DNA of 64,000 bases from Candidatus Zhuqueibacterota bacterium (GTDB lineage: Bacteria; Zhuqueibacterota; Zhuqueibacteria; Oceanimicrobiales; Oceanimicrobiaceae): NCBI GenBank assembly GCA_029262055.1, contig JAJDAD010000035.1, forward strand, positions 516 through 64,515, written 5' to 3'. The translations under genes and the position numbers were made by a program. This document shows positions 47,721-58,128 of this stretch, piece after piece (position 1 is the stretch's first letter; the number at the start of each line of letters is the position of its first letter). The notes beneath the pieces are model-generated. The model searched no databases and was not told the DNA's origin. It worked only from the letters and a program-made list of their open reading frames with translations.

Positions 47721-48566
47721 ATGAATCGTAGAGATTTTCTCAAGATTTCAGGGCCAGCCACTCTCTTTGGCCTGCCTGCCTTGACGCCGAAAAAACTTTC
47801 TGCGGCAAATGTACCTGCAAAGAAATCTCTTGAAAGAATCGGCTTACAGTTGTACACTGTCCGCGATTTCATGAAAGAGGATTTTGCCGGCACTCTGGAA
47901 AAGGTCGCTGCAATTGGATACAAAGAAGTTGAGTTTGCCGGATATTTCGAGAACCGGCCCAAAGCGGTGCGAACCCTGCTTGACGGGCTTGGGCTCACCG
48001 CTCCTGCCACACATGTGCCCATCAGCGAGCTTCGTGAACAACTCGATGCCACCATCGAGTCCTGCAACATCATCGGACATCGTTACCTCATCTGCCCCTG
48101 GATAGCGCCCGAAGAACGTAATCCGGATAATTACAAAAAGCTGGCAGATTTTTTCAACCGGGTCGGTGAGAAATGCCGTGACGCCGGGCTGCAATTCGGC
48201 TATCATAATCATGATTTCGAATTCCAGGCAAATGACGGCCCGCTACCCTATGATATTCTTTTGGCGAGCACCGAACCCGGGCTGGTTCAAATGGAGCTGG
48301 ATCTTTTCTGGATAAAGAAGGCGGGCAATGATCCCCTCGCCTATTTTGAGAAACACAAAGGCCGCTTCCCCCTTTGCCACGTAAAAGACATGACCGCTTC
48401 CGAAGAAATGGTCGCGGTGGGAGAAGGAAGTATCGATTTTGCCGGAATCTTTGCCCGAGCGGAAGAAGCCGGCTTGCGGCATTTTTTTGTTGAGCACGAC
48501 AAGCCCACAGACCCATTGAAAAGCATCGAAGCAAGCTTCAAATACCTCAAGCAATTGCAGTTTTGA
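47721..48566 (+). CDS. Tat-exported sugar phosphate isomerase/epimerase family (AP_endonuc_2 TIM barrel) protein
   Basis: MNRRDFLK, GLQLYTVR, YHNHDFEF, ELDLFW, HVKD, FVEHD. Confidence 0.92.
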   Translation: MNRRDFLKISGPATLFGLPALTPKKLSAANVPAKKSLERIGLQLYTVRDFMKEDFAGTLEKVAAIGYKEVEFAGYFENRPKAVRTLLDGLGLTAPATHVPISELREQLDATIESCNIIGHRYLICPWIAPEERNPDNYKKLADFFNRVGEKCRDAGLQFGYHNHDFEFQANDGPLPYDILLASTEPGLVQMELDLFWIKKAGNDPLAYFEKHKGRFPLCHVKDMTASEEMVAVGEGSIDFAGIFARAEEAGLRHFFVEHDKPTDPLKSIEASFKYLKQLQF

Positions 48567-48626
48567 AATCCTCTAAGGGTTTCCTGCTAATGTAGATAGT
48601 CGCGATTCAAATTCAGGAGAGAGGAA

Positions 48627-49844
48627 ATGACTAAAGTTCGATTATCTGCGATGATGTTCTTGCAGTTTTTCGTGTGGGGTGCCTGGTATACGTCGGTCGC
48701 GGTATTCATGAGTGAGCATGGCATGGGCGATCTCACACACTGGCCCTACACCGTGAACCCCATTGCTGCCATCATCGCACCATTCTTCCTCGGGTTCGTC
48801 GCCGACCGTTACTTTTCGACGGAAAAAGTGCTGGGCGTACTCCATTTACTTGGCGGTGTGGTGATGTTGGTGGTGCCCCAGACGGCCGCCTCACCTACTT
48901 TATTCATATCTTTACTCCTGGTCTACAATCTGTGCTACATGCCCACTCTGGGCCTGGCAAACTCAATTTGCTTCCACAACATCGAAACCCAGGAAAAGCA
49001 ATTCCCGCTGATCCGGGTGTTTGGCACCATCGGCTGGATCGTGGCGGGTCTGGTGGTCAGCTTCGGGCTCTCCCGCTTCACCACGGAGCTGCCGGAGAAA
49101 ACAGCTCTGCCCATGCTCATGACCGGCGTGGTCGGCATCGTACTGGGCCTGTTGAGTTTAACCCTACCACATACGCCGCCACCGGCCAAGGGTCAAAAAG
49201 TGTCCCTACGCAGCATTATCGGCCTGGACGCTTTGAAGCAGTTAGGCAGCCGGCCCTTCTACGTTTTTCTTGTCAGCTCCTTCCTGATCTGCATTCCGCT
49301 GGCAGCCTACTACAACTTTACGCAGGTCTTTCTTAAGGCAGCCGGTTTTTCGAAAATTGCGGGCACGCAGACTCTCGGGCAAATGTCTGAGATCGTTTTC
49401 ATGGTCCTGATGCCGTTTTTCTTTGCCCGTCTGGGTGTAAAACGAATGCTTCTGGTCGGGATGTTTGCCTGGGTGCTGCGCTATGCTCTGTTTGCGGCCG
49501 GCGCACCGGGTGCAGTCGTTTGGATGGTCATGGCCGGCATCGTTTTGCACGGCATCTGTTACGACTTCTTCTTCGTTACCGGGCAGATTTATGTCGACAA
49601 GAAGGCCACCCCCGAGATTCGTGGCCAGGCGCAGGGATTTCTGGTTTTGATCACTTACGGCGTCGGTATGTTGATCGGCGCACAAATTGCCGGTGGCTTA
49701 TTCAACCGGTTGGTGACCGGGACCGGCCTGGAGGCGCTGGCGCAATACCAGACGTTCTGGATTTTCCCGGCGGTCTTCGCGGCGGCGGTCATGGTCGTAT
49801 TCGGTTTTCTGTTTAACGAGAAAGAAGAAGCAAAGGAGAGTTAG
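48627..49844 (+). CDS. MFS transporter, nucleoside:H+ symporter (NupG/XapB-like) family
   Basis: MMFLQFFVWGAW, IRVFGTIGWI, GQMSEI, LHGICYDFFFVTGQIY. Confidence 0.92.
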   Translation: MTKVRLSAMMFLQFFVWGAWYTSVAVFMSEHGMGDLTHWPYTVNPIAAIIAPFFLGFVADRYFSTEKVLGVLHLLGGVVMLVVPQTAASPTLFISLLLVYNLCYMPTLGLANSICFHNIETQEKQFPLIRVFGTIGWIVAGLVVSFGLSRFTTELPEKTALPMLMTGVVGIVLGLLSLTLPHTPPPAKGQKVSLRSIIGLDALKQLGSRPFYVFLVSSFLICIPLAAYYNFTQVFLKAAGFSKIAGTQTLGQMSEIVFMVLMPFFFARLGVKRMLLVGMFAWVLRYALFAAGAPGAVVWMVMAGIVLHGICYDFFFVTGQIYVDKKATPEIRGQAQGFLVLITYGVGMLIGAQIAGGLFNRLVTGTGLEALAQYQTFWIFPAVFAAAVMVVFGFLFNEKEEAKES

Positions 49845-49845
49845 C

Positions 49846-51099
49846 GTGCAACCTTTAAGATTAGGAATGGTCGGCGCCGGTTTTATCTCAACTTTTCACG
49901 CGCGCGCCCTCAAGCAAGTCCGGAATGTCGAAATCGCCGGTGTGACCAACCGCACCCGGTCGCGGGCTGACGCCCTCGCCAAGATGGTGGCGGACAACGG
50001 CCTGGGTGCCGGTACCGTCTACCCCAACATCACAGAGATGGCGAATCATGTGGATGTCATCGCTCTCTACGCGCCCAATTTTGTCCGTGTTGAGATGACG
50101 GAAGAGATTGTGGATGCTGTCAAAAAGGGGGCAAACCTTAAGGGCGTGATTTGCGAAAAACCCCTGGCCCGGAACCTCAAAGAAGCGCGCCGGTTGATTG
50201 CTCTGGTGGCTGAAGTCGGGCTCAAGACCGCCTATTTTGAAAATCAAATTTTCATGAAACCGATTCAAACGCAATTGCAGCAACTCGCGCCGCAGCAAAA
50301 GACTATGGGGCCGCTGGTGCTCACCCGCTCTGCCGAAGAGCACGGCGGGCCGCATGAACCGTGGTTTTGGGATCCGACAAGACAGGGCGGCGGCGTTCTC
50401 AGCGACATGGGCTGCCACAGCATTGCCGTCGGTTGGTATCTGCTCAACCCGATCGGTAAGCCTGTCACCTTCATGCAGCCGACTTCAGTGTCGGCGGAGT
50501 GTGCACTACTCAAATGGGGATTGCCCGAATGGCGTCAAAAGCTGCTGGACGAACACGGCGTAGACTACGCGAAAACACCTGCCGAAGATTTTGCCACCGG
50601 TATCGTAACTTACAAAAACCCTGAAACCGGCCAGATCGCAAAATCACAATTCACGGACTCATGGATGTTCGAAAAACAAGGGTTGCGACTCTTCATGGAT
50701 GGCATGGGTCCCGGTTATGCTTTTGAAGTAAACACACTGAATTCATCGCTCGATGTTTTCATTGGCGACATTGCTGCCGAAGCTGTTGCGGATGCCGAAA
50801 GCGCTCTAGAAAAGGCCACCGCCTCGCGCGGCCTGTTGGCCGTACAGTACAATGAACCCGACCTGTACGGCTACACCGATGAAAATGAGGATGCCATCAC
50901 CGCTTTTCTTGCAGGCAAAGACGCATCCCTGTCATGGCAGTACGGCCTCGAAATTACCAGATTGGTGATGGCGGCATACATGTCGTCCGAGCGAAAAAAA
51001 ACCATCGACCTGACCGACCCTGATACTCTGAAGGAGCTTGAAACATTCGTGCCCTTGATTCAGCAAGGCAAGGGTGCCGATGTGCTTTATTCTGGTTAA
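49846..51099 (+). CDS. Gfo/Idh/MocA oxidoreductase with no export signal
   Basis: GMVGAGFI, CEKPLA, GGGVLSDMGCH. Confidence 0.9.
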   Translation: MQPLRLGMVGAGFISTFHARALKQVRNVEIAGVTNRTRSRADALAKMVADNGLGAGTVYPNITEMANHVDVIALYAPNFVRVEMTEEIVDAVKKGANLKGVICEKPLARNLKEARRLIALVAEVGLKTAYFENQIFMKPIQTQLQQLAPQQKTMGPLVLTRSAEEHGGPHEPWFWDPTRQGGGVLSDMGCHSIAVGWYLLNPIGKPVTFMQPTSVSAECALLKWGLPEWRQKLLDEHGVDYAKTPAEDFATGIVTYKNPETGQIAKSQFTDSWMFEKQGLRLFMDGMGPGYAFEVNTLNSSLDVFIGDIAAEAVADAESALEKATASRGLLAVQYNEPDLYGYTDENEDAITAFLAGKDASLSWQYGLEITRLVMAAYMSSERKKTIDLTDPDTLKELETFVPLIQQGKGADVLYSG

Positions 51100-51176
51100 T
51101 TTTCTTTTCCGTTTAATGAAACCTGAAATCCGGTAATTGACTCCAGGAGATGACTCGAAAAAGGAGGAAGATAATA

Positions 51177-51866
51177 ATGAAGAGCATGCTGTTTGGCATC
51201 GGGTGTTCTCTTTTGTTTGCAAGTTGCCAGAGCGGGAAGTTGCGCTTATCAGACACTGAAAAGCGGGAGGGTTGGCGATTTCTGTTTGACGGAACAACGC
51301 TCGATGGCTGGCGCGGCTTTAGAAAGGAAACCGTGCCGGATGGCTGGCAAATAACCGCTGAAGGAGAAATGCACTTCACCGGTGAAGGCGATGGCGACAT
51401 CATGACGGTCGAGGAGTTCGGTAATTTTGAACTCCGGCTCGCATGGAAAATCTCTCCAGGAGGCAATAGCGGCATCTTCTTCCGGGTTTCCGAGAAGCGG
51501 GAGCACGCATGGCACACCGGCCCGGAGATGCAGGTCCTGGACAACAAACTCCATAAGGATGGCAAGAATCCCCTGACATCCGCAGGTGCAAATTATGCAC
51601 TGCACGCCGCCAAAATCGATGCGACGCGGGAGGCTGGACTTTACAATGAAGTCAAAATCGTGGTACTGAAAAACCATGTGGAACATTGGCTGAACGGAAT
51701 CAAAGTCGTTGAATATGAGATCGGCGACTCCGAGTGGCAGGCGTTGGTCGCGGGCAGCAAGTTCGGAGAGTTGCCGGACTATGGCCGTTATCGCAGTGGT
51801 CACATTGTTCTGCAGGATCATGGTGACGCGGTCTGGTACCGGGATATTCGGATTCGACGCTTATGA
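51177..51866 (+). CDS. DUF1080 (3-keto-disaccharide hydrolase family) lipoprotein
   Basis: Lipobox FASC, LFDGTTLDGW, NSGIFFR, EMQVLD, LQDHG, YRDIRI. ATG 51177 follows AAGGAGG. Confidence 0.9.
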   Translation: MKSMLFGIGCSLLFASCQSGKLRLSDTEKREGWRFLFDGTTLDGWRGFRKETVPDGWQITAEGEMHFTGEGDGDIMTVEEFGNFELRLAWKISPGGNSGIFFRVSEKREHAWHTGPEMQVLDNKLHKDGKNPLTSAGANYALHAAKIDATREAGLYNEVKIVVLKNHVEHWLNGIKVVEYEIGDSEWQALVAGSKFGELPDYGRYRSGHIVLQDHGDAVWYRDIRIRRL

Positions 51867-51901
51867 AAAACACAAAGGTCTCAGCATACGAGGAGTTAAA
51901 C

Positions 51902-53335
51902 ATGAAGTCAGGAAAGCCGGTCGATCGCCCGTCCAAAGTTGTTTCGAGAAGAGATTTTTTAAAAACTGCGGGTGCCGCTGTCGCAGGGTTTACCATTGTG
52001 CCCCGGCATGTCCTGGGCGGACCGGCCTACATTGCCCCAAGCGCCAAAATCAACCTGGCGGTGATCGGCGTCGGCGGCCAGGGCACTTTTGACATGACCG
52101 AATTCTTGAAAGTTCCCGATGTACAAGTGACTGCTGTTTGTGATGTCTTTGATGAGTTTTTGAATTGGAGAAAAACCAAAATCGGGCGCAAAGCCGCCAA
52201 AGCTGTGGTGGATAAACATTACGCGGAGCAATCGACTGGTGGCGCCCACAACGGCTGTGCCGCATACATCGACTTCCGCGACATGCTGGATCGGGAGGAA
52301 GACATCGACGCCGTGGCTATCGGCACGACGGATAATGTGCATGCCGTCGCTGCCATGGCCGCCATGAAACTCGGTAAACATGTCTACTGTCAGAAGCCAC
52401 TCAGCCACAATATCTACGAAGCTCGCACGTTGACCAAAGCGGCCAGGGAATTTGGCGTTGTTACGCAAATGGGCAACCAGGGGCATGCCGGCGAAGGAAA
52501 TCGATTAATCGTCGAGTGGGTCGCGGATGGCGCCATCGGCGATGTGCGGGAAGCGCATGTCTGGACCAACCGGCCATCAGGCTGGTGGCCGCAGGGCATT
52601 GGCAGACCCGACGACATGCCGCCGGTACCATCCGGACTCGATTGGAACCTGTGGCTTGGTCCAGCCCGCTACCGTCCTTACCACCCGGCCTATGTCCCGT
52701 TCAAATGGCGCGGATGGTGGGATTTCGGGACCGGTGCATTGGGCGATATGGGGTGCCATCTGATCGATACGCCTGTCTGGGCCCTCAACCTGGGCCATCC
52801 CACCAGCGTGGAAGCCAGTTCCACTCCGGTCAACGATGAAACCGCGCCGCTGGCTTCGATTGTGCATTATGAGTTTCCGGCGCGCGGCAGTATGCCGCCG
52901 GTAAGAATGACCTGGTACGACGGCGGCCTGATGCCGCCGCGGCCGACAGATCTGGAAGAAGGCCGGCGCATGGGCGACAGCGGCGGCGGCGTCTTGCTGG
53001 TCGGCGACAAAGGCACCATCATGTGCAGCACCTATGGCAACAACGCAAGAATAATACCCGAGACCAAAATGCGGGCCTACAAACGACCGCCCAAATCCAT
53101 ACCGCGTGTAAAGGGAATCTATCAGGACTTCATTAGCGGTTGCCAGGGCGGGCCGCAGCCGTGTTCCGCTTTTGATGTCTCGGGACCGTTGACCGAAATC
53201 GTGCTGCTCGGAAACCTGGCTGTTCGCGCCCCGGGGCAGCGCCTGGTCTGGGATGGTCCCAAAATGGAAGTTACGAACGTACCGGAAGTAAACAGTTTTG
53301 TCAGCCGCGAGTATTACGGTGATTGGAACCTGTAA
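51902..53335 (+). CDS. Tat-exported Gfo/Idh/MocA oxidoreductase
   Basis: SRRDFLK, IGVGGQG, HVYCQKPL, WDFGTGALGDMGCH. ATG 51902 follows GAGGAG. Confidence 0.92.
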   Translation: MKSGKPVDRPSKVVSRRDFLKTAGAAVAGFTIVPRHVLGGPAYIAPSAKINLAVIGVGGQGTFDMTEFLKVPDVQVTAVCDVFDEFLNWRKTKIGRKAAKAVVDKHYAEQSTGGAHNGCAAYIDFRDMLDREEDIDAVAIGTTDNVHAVAAMAAMKLGKHVYCQKPLSHNIYEARTLTKAAREFGVVTQMGNQGHAGEGNRLIVEWVADGAIGDVREAHVWTNRPSGWWPQGIGRPDDMPPVPSGLDWNLWLGPARYRPYHPAYVPFKWRGWWDFGTGALGDMGCHLIDTPVWALNLGHPTSVEASSTPVNDETAPLASIVHYEFPARGSMPPVRMTWYDGGLMPPRPTDLEEGRRMGDSGGGVLLVGDKGTIMCSTYGNNARIIPETKMRAYKRPPKSIPRVKGIYQDFISGCQGGPQPCSAFDVSGPLTEIVLLGNLAVRAPGQRLVWDGPKMEVTNVPEVNSFVSREYYGDWNL

Positions 53336-53370
53336 GGAAGCGCGGATTATTTCAGAAATGAGATCAAACC

Positions 53371-54711
53371 ATGGATAGCAAGAAGTCAAAAACAGACATG
53401 GACCGGCGGACTTTTTTGCGCACCAGCGCGGTGGCCGGAGCCGGAATGTTCGTTGCGCCAGCGGTGCTGGGGCAGCAACGCAGCAGCTCCAATGATTTGA
53501 ACATCGGGATGATCGGCGTTGGGGCGCAGGGACAGGTCCTGTTGAATGCCGGATTGAAGATCCCTAACATCCGCTTTAAGGCAGTGTGCGATATTTGGCA
53601 GGAGTATAATCTCAAGCGCGCCACCGGCTTGCTCGGGAAATATGGCCACGCACCCACCGCCTACCAGGATTATGCGGAAATGCTGACCACTGAAAAAGAT
53701 CTCGATGGCGTTATCATTGCCACGCCGGATTTCTGGCATGCGCAGCAGACAGTCGCTTGCCTGCGCGCCGGTTTGCATGTTTACTGTGAGAAGGAGATGT
53801 CCAACACCCTGCAGGGAGCGCAAAGAATGGTGCGCGCCGCCAGACAGACGGGCAAGCTCCTGCAAATCGGCCATCAGCGCCGCAGCAATCCGCGTTACCT
53901 GCACTGCTACCACAAGCTTCTGCGCGAAGCGAACATTCTTGGCCGAATCACCACCATCAACGGCCAGTGGAATCGTGCGGTGCAACCCGACCTGGGCTGG
54001 CCCAAGAAATACGCAATCGCCCCGGCGACCCTGCGAAAATATGGCTTTGACTCCATGCATCAATATCGCAACTGGCGCTGGTACCGCGACCTTGGCGGCG
54101 GCCCGATTGTCGACCTGGGATCACATCAGATTGACATCTTCAATTGGTTCCTCGACGCGCAGCCGAAATCCGTTATGGCCAGCGGCGGGACCGATTACTA
54201 CGACAAGAAAACACACGAATGGTATGACACCGTTCTCGCGGTCTACGAATATGAAACCGAAGCCGGCAAAGTGCGCGCTTTTTATCAAACCATCACCACC
54301 AACAGCAGCGAAGGGTATTATGAGAACTTTCTCGGAGATCAGGCTACGCTGCACATCTCCGAATCTGCCAGTAGAGGCGGGATCTACCGCGAGCCCTCCG
54401 CACCGCAATGGCACAAGTGGGTCGAGATGGGATACCTGAAGGCTCCCAAAGAAGACAAACCCACCGAAACCGCCGCCGTCCTGGACGTCCGCGAGACCGT
54501 GGCGCCGCCACAACACCGGTTGCCGGTTGAGTTCAACGACCCCTACCACAAACCGCACCTGGAGAATTTCTTCAATGCGATTCGTGGCCGGGAAGAGCTC
54601 AACTGCCCGGAAGACATTGGCTATGAAACGGCCGTCACCGTTCTGAAAGTAAACGAGGCGGTGCGGGCTGACAGAAAGCTATCCTTCAAACCTGGGGAAT
54701 TCACAGTTTGA
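53371..54711 (+). CDS. Tat-exported Gfo/Idh/MocA oxidoreductase
   Basis: DRRTFLR, IGVGAQG, ATPDFWH, HVYCEKEM, NWRWY...GGG..VDLGSHQID. Confidence 0.92.
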   Translation: MDSKKSKTDMDRRTFLRTSAVAGAGMFVAPAVLGQQRSSSNDLNIGMIGVGAQGQVLLNAGLKIPNIRFKAVCDIWQEYNLKRATGLLGKYGHAPTAYQDYAEMLTTEKDLDGVIIATPDFWHAQQTVACLRAGLHVYCEKEMSNTLQGAQRMVRAARQTGKLLQIGHQRRSNPRYLHCYHKLLREANILGRITTINGQWNRAVQPDLGWPKKYAIAPATLRKYGFDSMHQYRNWRWYRDLGGGPIVDLGSHQIDIFNWFLDAQPKSVMASGGTDYYDKKTHEWYDTVLAVYEYETEAGKVRAFYQTITTNSSEGYYENFLGDQATLHISESASRGGIYREPSAPQWHKWVEMGYLKAPKEDKPTETAAVLDVRETVAPPQHRLPVEFNDPYHKPHLENFFNAIRGREELNCPEDIGYETAVTVLKVNEAVRADRKLSFKPGEFTV

Positions 54712-56576
54712 TGAGCCCATCCAAACAGGCTTTGTTGCTGGCGCTGGCAGTGGTCATTTGTACGGCGCAGAGTTTTTCCCAGGATGCGAAGATCGGCGAT
54801 GTCAGCGACGGCAATCGCTCCAGCCCGGTTCACCTCCTCAATCTGTACGACGAAGAGGGTTCTATTATCACTCCCCAGATTGAACCCATGCTACCCTTTT
54901 CACCAAAACAGACTTGCAGCCCGTGTCACGATTACACAAGAATCAGCGACGGCTGGCATTTCAATGCGGCAACCGGCGTCCTTGCGGGTCGGCGCGGACA
55001 GCCCTGGATCTTTGTGGACCGGACCACGGCCACCCAAGTGCCTTTGTCCTATCGCGCCTGGTACGGCACCTACCGACCTGAGGAGTTGGGCATCACACCG
55101 ATGCGCTTTGTACAACTGTTCGGCCGGCACATGCCCGGCGGCGGGGTCGGCGACAACGAACAAATGCAGACTCCGGAAAACGTCATGCGCTGGTGGGTTT
55201 CGGGCAAACTTGAAGTCAACTGTCTGAGCTGCCACGATGCCGAACCGGGTCACGATCAAGCCGAGTTTGACACTCAAACCAGAAAAGGAAACTTCCGCTG
55301 GGCTGCCGGCGCAACCAGCGGGTTTGCTGCGGTTCAAGGTTCGGCGCGGGACATGCCGGACAACTTCAGCATCTACGGGTCCCTGCTGGATGACGGCAAG
55401 AAGATCCCACCGGCCATCAGATATGACCGGAATCGATTCGATTCGCACGCAAAAGTCCTGTTCAACCTCGAACGGCAAGTGGCCAATGACCGCTGTTACT
55501 TTTGCCACTCGACCAAAGTCATCGGCGCGCAGTCCAAACGATGGCAGTCTGATGAAGATATTCACATCAGCGCCGGTATGCAGTGCGTGGATTGCCACCG
55601 CAACGGCCTCGACCACCGGATGGTGCGCGGCTACGAAGGCGAAGCACAGGAATATGACAACCCGGGTGCAGCAACCTTGACCTGCAAAGGGTGTCATTTG
55701 GGGGAAGACTCCGAAGAGGGTGTCCGTGCCGCCGGTCGCCTGGGCGCCCCGGTTCCGGACCATGTCGGCATTCCGCCGGTTCATTTTCAAAAACTGACCT
55801 GCACGACTTGCCATTCCGGTCCCTGGCCTGCAGAAAGGGCCTACCCGGTCAAAACTTCGAGAGCGCATGCGCTCGGCACTCACCGCGTAAACCGGGGCGA
55901 TGCCGCATTGCCGCACATCGTGGCCCCGGTATTTGTCGAACAGGGCGACGGTGTAATCGCACCGCACAAGATGTTCTGGCCTTCTTTTTGGGCAAAAATC
56001 GAACGGGGCCAGGTCAAGCCCATTGACCCATTGCTGGTGCAGCCGCTGGCTGCTGAGCTGGTGCCGGCTGACACCCTCGGTACCGGCGACTGGCCCGGCT
56101 TGACGCAAGGACAGATCGCAACTATCCTGCAAGGCCTGGTGCAAGGCGATTCTACTTTGACAGCGGCGTATGTCGGCGGCGGCAACTTATATCGCCTGTC
56201 GGCCACGGGCCGCATGATCGCGGAGGAACACGCGGCTGCTACCCCCTACTCCTGGGCCTTCGCGCACGACGTCCGCCCGACTGCACAATCGCTCGGTGTG
56301 CGCGGTTGCGACGATTGCCATGCCGGCGATTCGCCCTTTTATTTTGCACAAATTCCAGTCGACACTCCGGTTGCCGCCGAAAGTGGTGCCGTGCGCAGAA
56401 TGGTTGACTTTCAGGACATTAGCTCATTCTATGCGCGCCTTTTCGGCTGGTCGTTCATGTTGCGCCCACTGCTGAAGATCATTATTCTGGCTGCGGGCGG
56501 CGTGCTCGCGCTGATCTTTGTTTCCTATTTGTTCAATGCTTTTTCCGCATTTATTCGCGGGGCGGACGGCTCTTAA
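54711..56576 (+). CDS. Multiheme c-type cytochrome (7 CxxCH) with C-terminal membrane anchor
   Basis: Signal peptide; CSPCH, CLSCH, CYFCH, CVDCH, CKGCH, CTTCH, CDDCH; hydrophobic C-terminus. Confidence 0.9.
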   Translation: MSPSKQALLLALAVVICTAQSFSQDAKIGDVSDGNRSSPVHLLNLYDEEGSIITPQIEPMLPFSPKQTCSPCHDYTRISDGWHFNAATGVLAGRRGQPWIFVDRTTATQVPLSYRAWYGTYRPEELGITPMRFVQLFGRHMPGGGVGDNEQMQTPENVMRWWVSGKLEVNCLSCHDAEPGHDQAEFDTQTRKGNFRWAAGATSGFAAVQGSARDMPDNFSIYGSLLDDGKKIPPAIRYDRNRFDSHAKVLFNLERQVANDRCYFCHSTKVIGAQSKRWQSDEDIHISAGMQCVDCHRNGLDHRMVRGYEGEAQEYDNPGAATLTCKGCHLGEDSEEGVRAAGRLGAPVPDHVGIPPVHFQKLTCTTCHSGPWPAERAYPVKTSRAHALGTHRVNRGDAALPHIVAPVFVEQGDGVIAPHKMFWPSFWAKIERGQVKPIDPLLVQPLAAELVPADTLGTGDWPGLTQGQIATILQGLVQGDSTLTAAYVGGGNLYRLSATGRMIAEEHAAATPYSWAFAHDVRPTAQSLGVRGCDDCHAGDSPFYFAQIPVDTPVAAESGAVRRMVDFQDISSFYARLFGWSFMLRPLLKIIILAAGGVLALIFVSYLFNAFSAFIRGADGS

Positions 56577-56604
56577 GAAATACTATCTAACCGGCACCTA
56601 AAGA

Positions 56605-57204
56605 ATGTTTCGAGTGATTTCCATCATCGGCTTTTTGGGCATTGTCATTGCCATTGCTTTTCTGAGCAGGAAAGAAACCAATGCTCTTTCCACGCTGACA
56701 AGTCTGCTCCGATCCGGAAAACGCCAGGATCTGCTCTACGTTCTTGCGGTCGCAAGTTTCGTGCTGCTGACCTTGAGTGGGTTCCTTCCCGTTCTGTTAG
56801 CGGGCAACTCTGTAAGTGGCGCCCTGCTCTTTATCCACGTCATCGCGGCGCCGGTGTTTGCGGTCTGCATTGCAGCCGTAGCCGTCCTGTGGGTCCGGCA
56901 CCATCGTCTCGACAAAGCCAATTGGCAAAGCCTGTTACGTTTGACCCTGCTACAACCAGCTCCGGTTGAACGGCATGCACAAACAGCGGAACTCGGACAA
57001 AAATTGCGATTCTGGGCGATTCTGCTTTCTTCCGCCTCGGCCATCTTGTCGATTGTGCTGAGCATGTATCCGCTTTTTGGCACATACGGCCAGACCGTCC
57101 TCTTGCATTTGCATGGCTATAGTGCCTTATTTCTGGTGTTAGCCGTGGTTGCAGGTTCATACCTGCCTATGACCAGCCGGCAGGTTGATGCCGGCAAGCG
57201 GTAA
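56605..57204 (+). CDS. Cytochrome b-like integral membrane protein
   Basis: About 5 transmembrane helices, with His in LLFIHVIAA and LLHLHGYSA; adjacent to the multiheme cytochrome. Confidence 0.65.
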   Translation: MFRVISIIGFLGIVIAIAFLSRKETNALSTLTSLLRSGKRQDLLYVLAVASFVLLTLSGFLPVLLAGNSVSGALLFIHVIAAPVFAVCIAAVAVLWVRHHRLDKANWQSLLRLTLLQPAPVERHAQTAELGQKLRFWAILLSSASAILSIVLSMYPLFGTYGQTVLLHLHGYSALFLVLAVVAGSYLPMTSRQVDAGKR

Positions 57205-57296
57205 GCAGGCCGCGCAGACGCAAACAGGAGTGCAATGTCAATCAACCGGAACCGATGACAAAGTGAAACTCGCCTTATGGTAAAAGCCCACACACT

Positions 57297-58076
57297 TTGA
57301 AAAGAGGCACCGGTTTGAACGCGCAGAAAAAATGTGCAGGTCTGCAACTGGTCGTTGCCGAAAACCATGAGGCAATGAGTCGCCTGGCGGCCAATTTGAT
57401 TAGTCAGGAAATCATGCGCGACCCAGGGCTTCTTTTCTGTGCCGCAACCGGGAGTACGCCCACAGGCACGTATCAAAGGCTGGCCGCAGAGTACGCCAAA
57501 GATCCGGCGCCCTTCAAGCAGGTTCGCGTTCTGAAGCTGGATGAATGGGGCGGACTGGACATGAACCATCCGGCTACCTGTGAAGCCTATCTCCAGAAGC
57601 ACCTTTTGGCGCCTCTCGCGATAGCGCGGGAACGCTATTTCGGTTGCACCAGCCGGCCCGCAGATCCTGAGGCAGAATGTCGAACAATGGACCGCGTTAT
57701 GGAAATAGAGGGGCCCATCGATTTGTGCCTCCTGGGTCTGGGCCTTAACGGCCACCTCGGTCTGAACGAGCCTGAGGATTATGTTTCGCCCGGCTGGCAT
57801 GTCAGCGAATTGTCCCGGGAGTCGCTGGATCATGCCATGCTACGGGACACGGGAGCCATTCCGCGCTTTGGCATAACACTGGGCATGAGCGGCCTCCTGC
57901 AAAGCAAGCAGATTCTATTGTTGGTGAGTGGCTCGCAAAAAAAGGGCGTCCTGAAGCGACTGTTCGAGGAGAACATCACAACCCATTTCCCGGCGTCTTT
58001 TCTTAGGCTCCATCCGAGGGTGACGGTCCTCAGTGATGCGGATGCCGCCGACTCTTTAACTGAAACAGCGTCGTGA
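57297..58076 (+). CDS. Glucosamine/galactosamine-6-phosphate deaminase-isomerase family protein
   Basis: ATGSTP, LDEW, GLGLNGHLGLNEP, PASFL. Confidence 0.88.
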   Translation: MKRGTGLNAQKKCAGLQLVVAENHEAMSRLAANLISQEIMRDPGLLFCAATGSTPTGTYQRLAAEYAKDPAPFKQVRVLKLDEWGGLDMNHPATCEAYLQKHLLAPLAIARERYFGCTSRPADPEAECRTMDRVMEIEGPIDLCLLGLGLNGHLGLNEPEDYVSPGWHVSELSRESLDHAMLRDTGAIPRFGITLGMSGLLQSKQILLLVSGSQKKGVLKRLFEENITTHFPASFLRLHPRVTVLSDADAADSLTETAS

Positions 58077-58128
58077 TGCAGTTTGCCCTATACCGCATCC
58101 ACCTGGCACACAAAAAGGAAACAGACCA

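Noticed and set aside
54900-56144. 414-aa ORF antisense to the multiheme cytochrome
   Set aside because: Shadow ORF with no motifs; the plus strand carries the heme-binding motifs.
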